In this document: piece after piece, positions 26,585 through 29,745 of the stretch
How positions within the stretch are numbered: the stretch's first letter is position 1
Layout: each line of letters begins with the position of its first letter
NCBI GenBank assembly: GCA_965541585.1
Contig: CBEUCH010000026.1
Span: 1-29,745 of the forward strand
Direction: 5' to 3'
Origin: an uncultured bacterium
GTDB taxonomy: Bacteria; Zixibacteria; MSB-5A5; UBA10806
DNA length: 29,745 bases
Notes under the pieces: generated by a model
The model's database searches: none
Seen by the model: only the letters and a program-made list of their open reading frames with translations
What the model was told of the DNA's origin: nothing
Made by a program: the position numbers and the translations under genes

Positions 26585-27342
26585 TGTTCACCCCCTCTTT
26601 ATTGTTCGAATAATTTATCGGGACTATGGCTCCTCTAATTTTATTTATCGGCGTATGCGTTTGAAATTATTAAATAAAATCGAATCCTGAACAGTATGTG
26701 GCTGAAACAGTTATTTCTGAACAGTCGCTGGATTTCTCATTACAGCAAGGATATTACGAATTTTTTGCGGATTGCTGCAAAAAAGCCGCTAACGGCATGT
26801 AAATAAGTATTTGCCGCACGTCTCCTGGCCGCGCAGCGTTAGCGTAGAGCAGATCAAATTAGGAGAAATGCTGTCCATCGGATTACTCCGCCGGGAAGTG
26901 ATATATCGCGGGTCGTCTAACGTGAGGGTTGTATTTGTCGTTATTAGCTTGTTGTAGCAACGACACTTTTATTCTCGGATGGCCAGGATAAAGGATATCC
27001 ACCGTGAAATAGTAGCCCGCCACTTTTGGCTTAAACGCGCGATGTTTCAAAATCATCTGATCCAAGCTGTGAATCTGAATTCGGCGATCATTCAAAACCG
27101 GTCGATCCATGTAGACGCTAAATGGACTCTGCAGAATCAAAGGCGATGTAGACCTTCGCCGGGTCTTCAAGCTATTTAATTATCAGTGATTGCCAGGTTG
27201 GGAAGAGGGTGTTGGGAAAGCGCGGCTGGTCTTCAAGAAGGGGATATATGTTCTTAAAGCCATGCGGATTAGAAAGTTGCGATCAAAAAACATCAAATCG
27301 ATAAAGACTGTTCCACATATCGAAAAATATTTTCACAGGTGC

Positions 27343-27369
27343 TAAAGTAATGAACTCCCTGCCCGATAA
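27343..27369 (+). promoter_or_regulatory. Putative sigma-28-type promoter, copy 3
   Basis: TAAAGTAA (27343-27350), 11 nt, CCCGATAA (27362-27369). Confidence 0.75.
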
Positions 27370-27376
27370 TATGACT

Positions 27377-27493
27377 GAAAACTAAATAACGGACGCAGAT
27401 TGCCTTGTCGTGTAAGACATGGGCTTGCAAGAGTGAGGCGTAATCAAATCGCTGATATGAGCGATTTCGGTTGCGCCTTTTTCTTTTGCCGGA
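27377..27493 (+). ncRNA. Conserved structured RNA motif, copy 3
   Basis: Same 57-nt 5' core; hairpin AGGCGTAATC-AAATCGCT-GATATG-AGCGATTT-CGGTTGCGCCT followed by TTTTCTTTT. Confidence 0.8.
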
Positions 27494-27836
27494 TCTGAAA
27501 ACGATATGCAGAGAATTGAATTTTCAAACGGAAAGATCGGTGACGAAACAACATGAATAATGGAGGGGTAAGAGAATTCAACTTAAAGGTTTTTTCATCC
27601 TAGAGTACCTCCATATATATAAAGAGGGGGGTATATAGTGAGGCATTTGAATGACCCACAAATTTGTGAGCATTTAAACATAAGTATAGTTGAAACGAGC
27701 TTTAAGCGGACGGGAGGCGCATAAGTCAGATCGCAGGAAGATCTTAGGCCGCCTGACAATGACATTTTATAGAATAAAGAATGTTCTGGTTAAAGAAAAT
27801 AGTAAAGAAAAATCTCCACAGGAGGGGGAAAAAGAG

Positions 27837-29745
27837 ATGAAGAAGATTCTACTCTTAACGGGAATGTGCTTGTTTTTGTTTGTCTCGATTAGTTTTGCAG
27901 CAGCCGTTCCCAAACTGATCAACTACCAGGGGATGCTGGCCGACGACGCCGGCGAGCCCCTGACAGGAACCTACAGCCTGACCTTTAGGATTTACGATGA
28001 TTCCGCTGCAGGTAATCTTGAATGGACCGAGACGCAAAGCACGGTACAGGTTGAGAATGGGCTATTTAACGTGAGTCTCGGCGCAGTAACCGCGTTGAAT
28101 CTGGCATTTGACGAGTCGTACTGGCTGGAAGTTGAGCTGGATGGCGAGATCATGCCACGTATGAGATTCGCCAGCGTTGGATACGCCTATCGAGCCGTGG
28201 TGGCAGACAGTGCCATGGTGGCGATAGCTACAAGTACTACTCTTGACTCTCTACATGTTATAGGGGATGCCCAGATAGACGGTGATTTACACATGGGAGG
28301 CACCTTAACCCATGATAGCCTGGTCATCGCAAAGGATGGTCTGGTGTTTGTAGATAGTCTGGGTAACGAGATATTCCATATAGAACTGGAGGGGTCGGAA
28401 AGCCATGCTGGTGAAACAGTACCTGATGCCCTGCATGGTGCTCTTGTGTTTGAGACTCATGATGTACAAAATACTTCAAATATGGAGGTGGCGTTCTGGG
28501 ATAGCGAAAACAGCAGACCTGGATTAATCATAAGCCAAGGTGGACCACAGCGAGCCTCAACATTTGACAGAAGTCTGCAGATAGGAAAAGCACAGGGGGC
28601 AGCACCTGTTGATTCTAATTATACCAGGTTTGAGGGATTTTACTATATCGACGCTTTGACGTCTGGAACAGGAGCTGATCTGGGAGTTGAGGATGATATT
28701 GAAGCCAAGGGCTCCATTTACTCCCAGGAGATTATTGCTGCGGAAGGCGGAGAGTTAATTGCGGGAAAGGATACCGCCGCTTATGCCGGAAGGGTCGTTT
28801 TACACGACGCTGACGGGACTGACGGTTTCACTACCACCATAGTCTCCAATGCTGACGTGGCGGCAAGTCTCACATTAACTTTACCTGCTGATGATGGCTT
28901 AGCTGACCAGATATTAACCACCGACGGTTCGGGAGCCCTGAGTTGGACTACACCCATCGGAACTGGCGATATCACAGCAGTAGGCGATGCGACAAGCGCA
29001 GATGCGTTCACTGAGGATGGAACTGGAAACCTCCTCTACTTCGAGGGTGCAACTGTCGATAATTTTGAGGTCGCTCTTCAAGGAGCAGATGCCAGCGCTG
29101 ATGTTACCCTAACGCTTCCGGATGCCACCGATGTCCTGGTGGGAAGAGCCACTACCGACACATTGACCAACAAGACACTCACCAGCCCGGCTCTGAATAC
29201 GCCAGTATTGGGTACTTCAGTTTCGGGTAGCGCTGTATTGGATGAGGATGATATGTCCTCTAATAGCGCCACTCAAATTGCCACTCAGCAATCCATCAAA
29301 GCCTATGTGGATAACCAGGTTGTCAGCGGTGATTTCGTGGATACTACTTTCACCGTTTACGATGATGCGGATGCCACTAAGAAACTGGCCATCGAGACCT
29401 CCGGCATAACCACCGGCAATACCAGGACTCTGAGTGTCCCTGACTATGACGGAACCATAGCCACCATTGCCGGCACGGAAACATTGACCAACAAAACACT
29501 GACCAGTCCGGCTCTTAATACGCCAGTATTGGGTACCTCAGTTTCCGGTAGCGCTGTATTGGATGAGGATGATATGTCCTCCAACAGCGCCACTCAGATT
29601 GCCACCCAGCAGTCCATCAAAGCCTATGTGGATAACCAGGTTGTCAACGGTGACTTCGTGGATACTACCTTTACGGTTTACGATGATGCGGATGCCACCA
29701 AGAAGCTGGCCATCGAGACCTCCGGCATAACCACCGGCAATACCA
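27837..29745 (+). CDS. Large secreted phage-tail-fibre-like repeat protein; 3'-partial, absent from the ORF track
   Basis: RBS GGAGGGGG, ATG 27837, frame open to the window end by manual translation. Signal peptide MKKILLLTGMCLFLFVSISFA, then AVPKLINYQGMLADDAGEPLTGTYSLTFRIYD...NGLFNVSLG...YWLEV; later LTLTLPADDG...LTTDGSGALSW, TLTNKTLTSP and ATQQSIKAYVD motifs. Confidence 0.9.
   Translation, partial: MKKILLLTGMCLFLFVSISFAAAVPKLINYQGMLADDAGEPLTGTYSLTFRIYDDSAAGNLEWTETQSTVQVENGLFNVSLGAVTALNLAFDESYWLEVELDGEIMPRMRFASVGYAYRAVVADSAMVAIATSTTLDSLHVIGDAQIDGDLHMGGTLTHDSLVIAKDGLVFVDSLGNEIFHIELEGSESHAGETVPDALHGALVFETHDVQNTSNMEVAFWDSENSRPGLIISQGGPQRASTFDRSLQIGKAQGAAPVDSNYTRFEGFYYIDALTSGTGADLGVEDDIEAKGSIYSQEIIAAEGGELIAGKDTAAYAGRVVLHDADGTDGFTTTIVSNADVAASLTLTLPADDGLADQILTTDGSGALSWTTPIGTGDITAVGDATSADAFTEDGTGNLLYFEGATVDNFEVALQGADASADVTLTLPDATDVLVGRATTDTLTNKTLTSPALNTPVLGTSVSGSAVLDEDDMSSNSATQIATQQSIKAYVDNQVVSGDFVDTTFTVYDDADATKKLAIETSGITTGNTRTLSVPDYDGTIATIAGTETLTNKTLTSPALNTPVLGTSVSGSAVLDEDDMSSNSATQIATQQSIKAYVDNQVVNGDFVDTTFTVYDDADATKKLAIETSGITTGNT
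29160..29745 (+). repeat. 321-nt (107-aa) tandem repeat in the fibre gene, about 1.8 copies visible
   Basis: ACATTGACCAACAA... at 29160 and 29481; differences are almost all synonymous (one S->N seen). Confidence 0.93.

Noticed and set aside
26883..27179. Overlapping small ORFs (95 aa on -, 66 aa on +) in the divergent intergenic region
   Set aside because: No convincing RBS or recognisable motif; cannot be supported as genes.
27371..27385. Leader peptide MTEN* at the start of copy 3
   Set aside because: No equivalent ATG in copies 1 or 2, no RBS, and the ATG lies upstream of the predicted TSS.
468..29272. Numerous short alternative-frame and antisense ORFs in the ORF track
   Set aside because: They overlap well-supported longer genes and show no protein motifs.

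Overview
Bacterial chromosomal window, almost all coding on the + strand. The FlgD/T9SS-A-like tail and the 'VPKLINYQG' fibre protein suggest an FCB-group organism such as a Zixibacteria-like lineage (inference only). The left third (1-9650) holds a four-gene uncharacterised membrane-protein cluster (DUF6754-like), a beta-propeller/M23 lipoprotein, three envelope proteins, DUF72, an S11 D-Ala-D-Ala peptidase, tRNA-Thr(TGT) and tRNA-Tyr(GTA). Next (10110-25730) is a dense signalling block: an outer-membrane barrel, a small PstS-like protein, five histidine kinases (three hybrid) and two response regulators. The right end has a divergent pair: a small secreted FlgD-tail protein, and a large secreted phage-tail-fibre-like repeat protein that the ORF track missed and that runs off the window. 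The main discovery is a ~117-nt non-coding element in three copies (9947, 22166, 27377). Each copy sits just downstream of a correctly spaced sigma-28 (FliA/SigD)-type promoter. Each has a near-invariant 5' hairpin followed by a covarying terminator-like hairpin and U-tract. It is a candidate undescribed attenuator/riboswitch or multicopy sRNA linking the signalling genes and the surface fibre.
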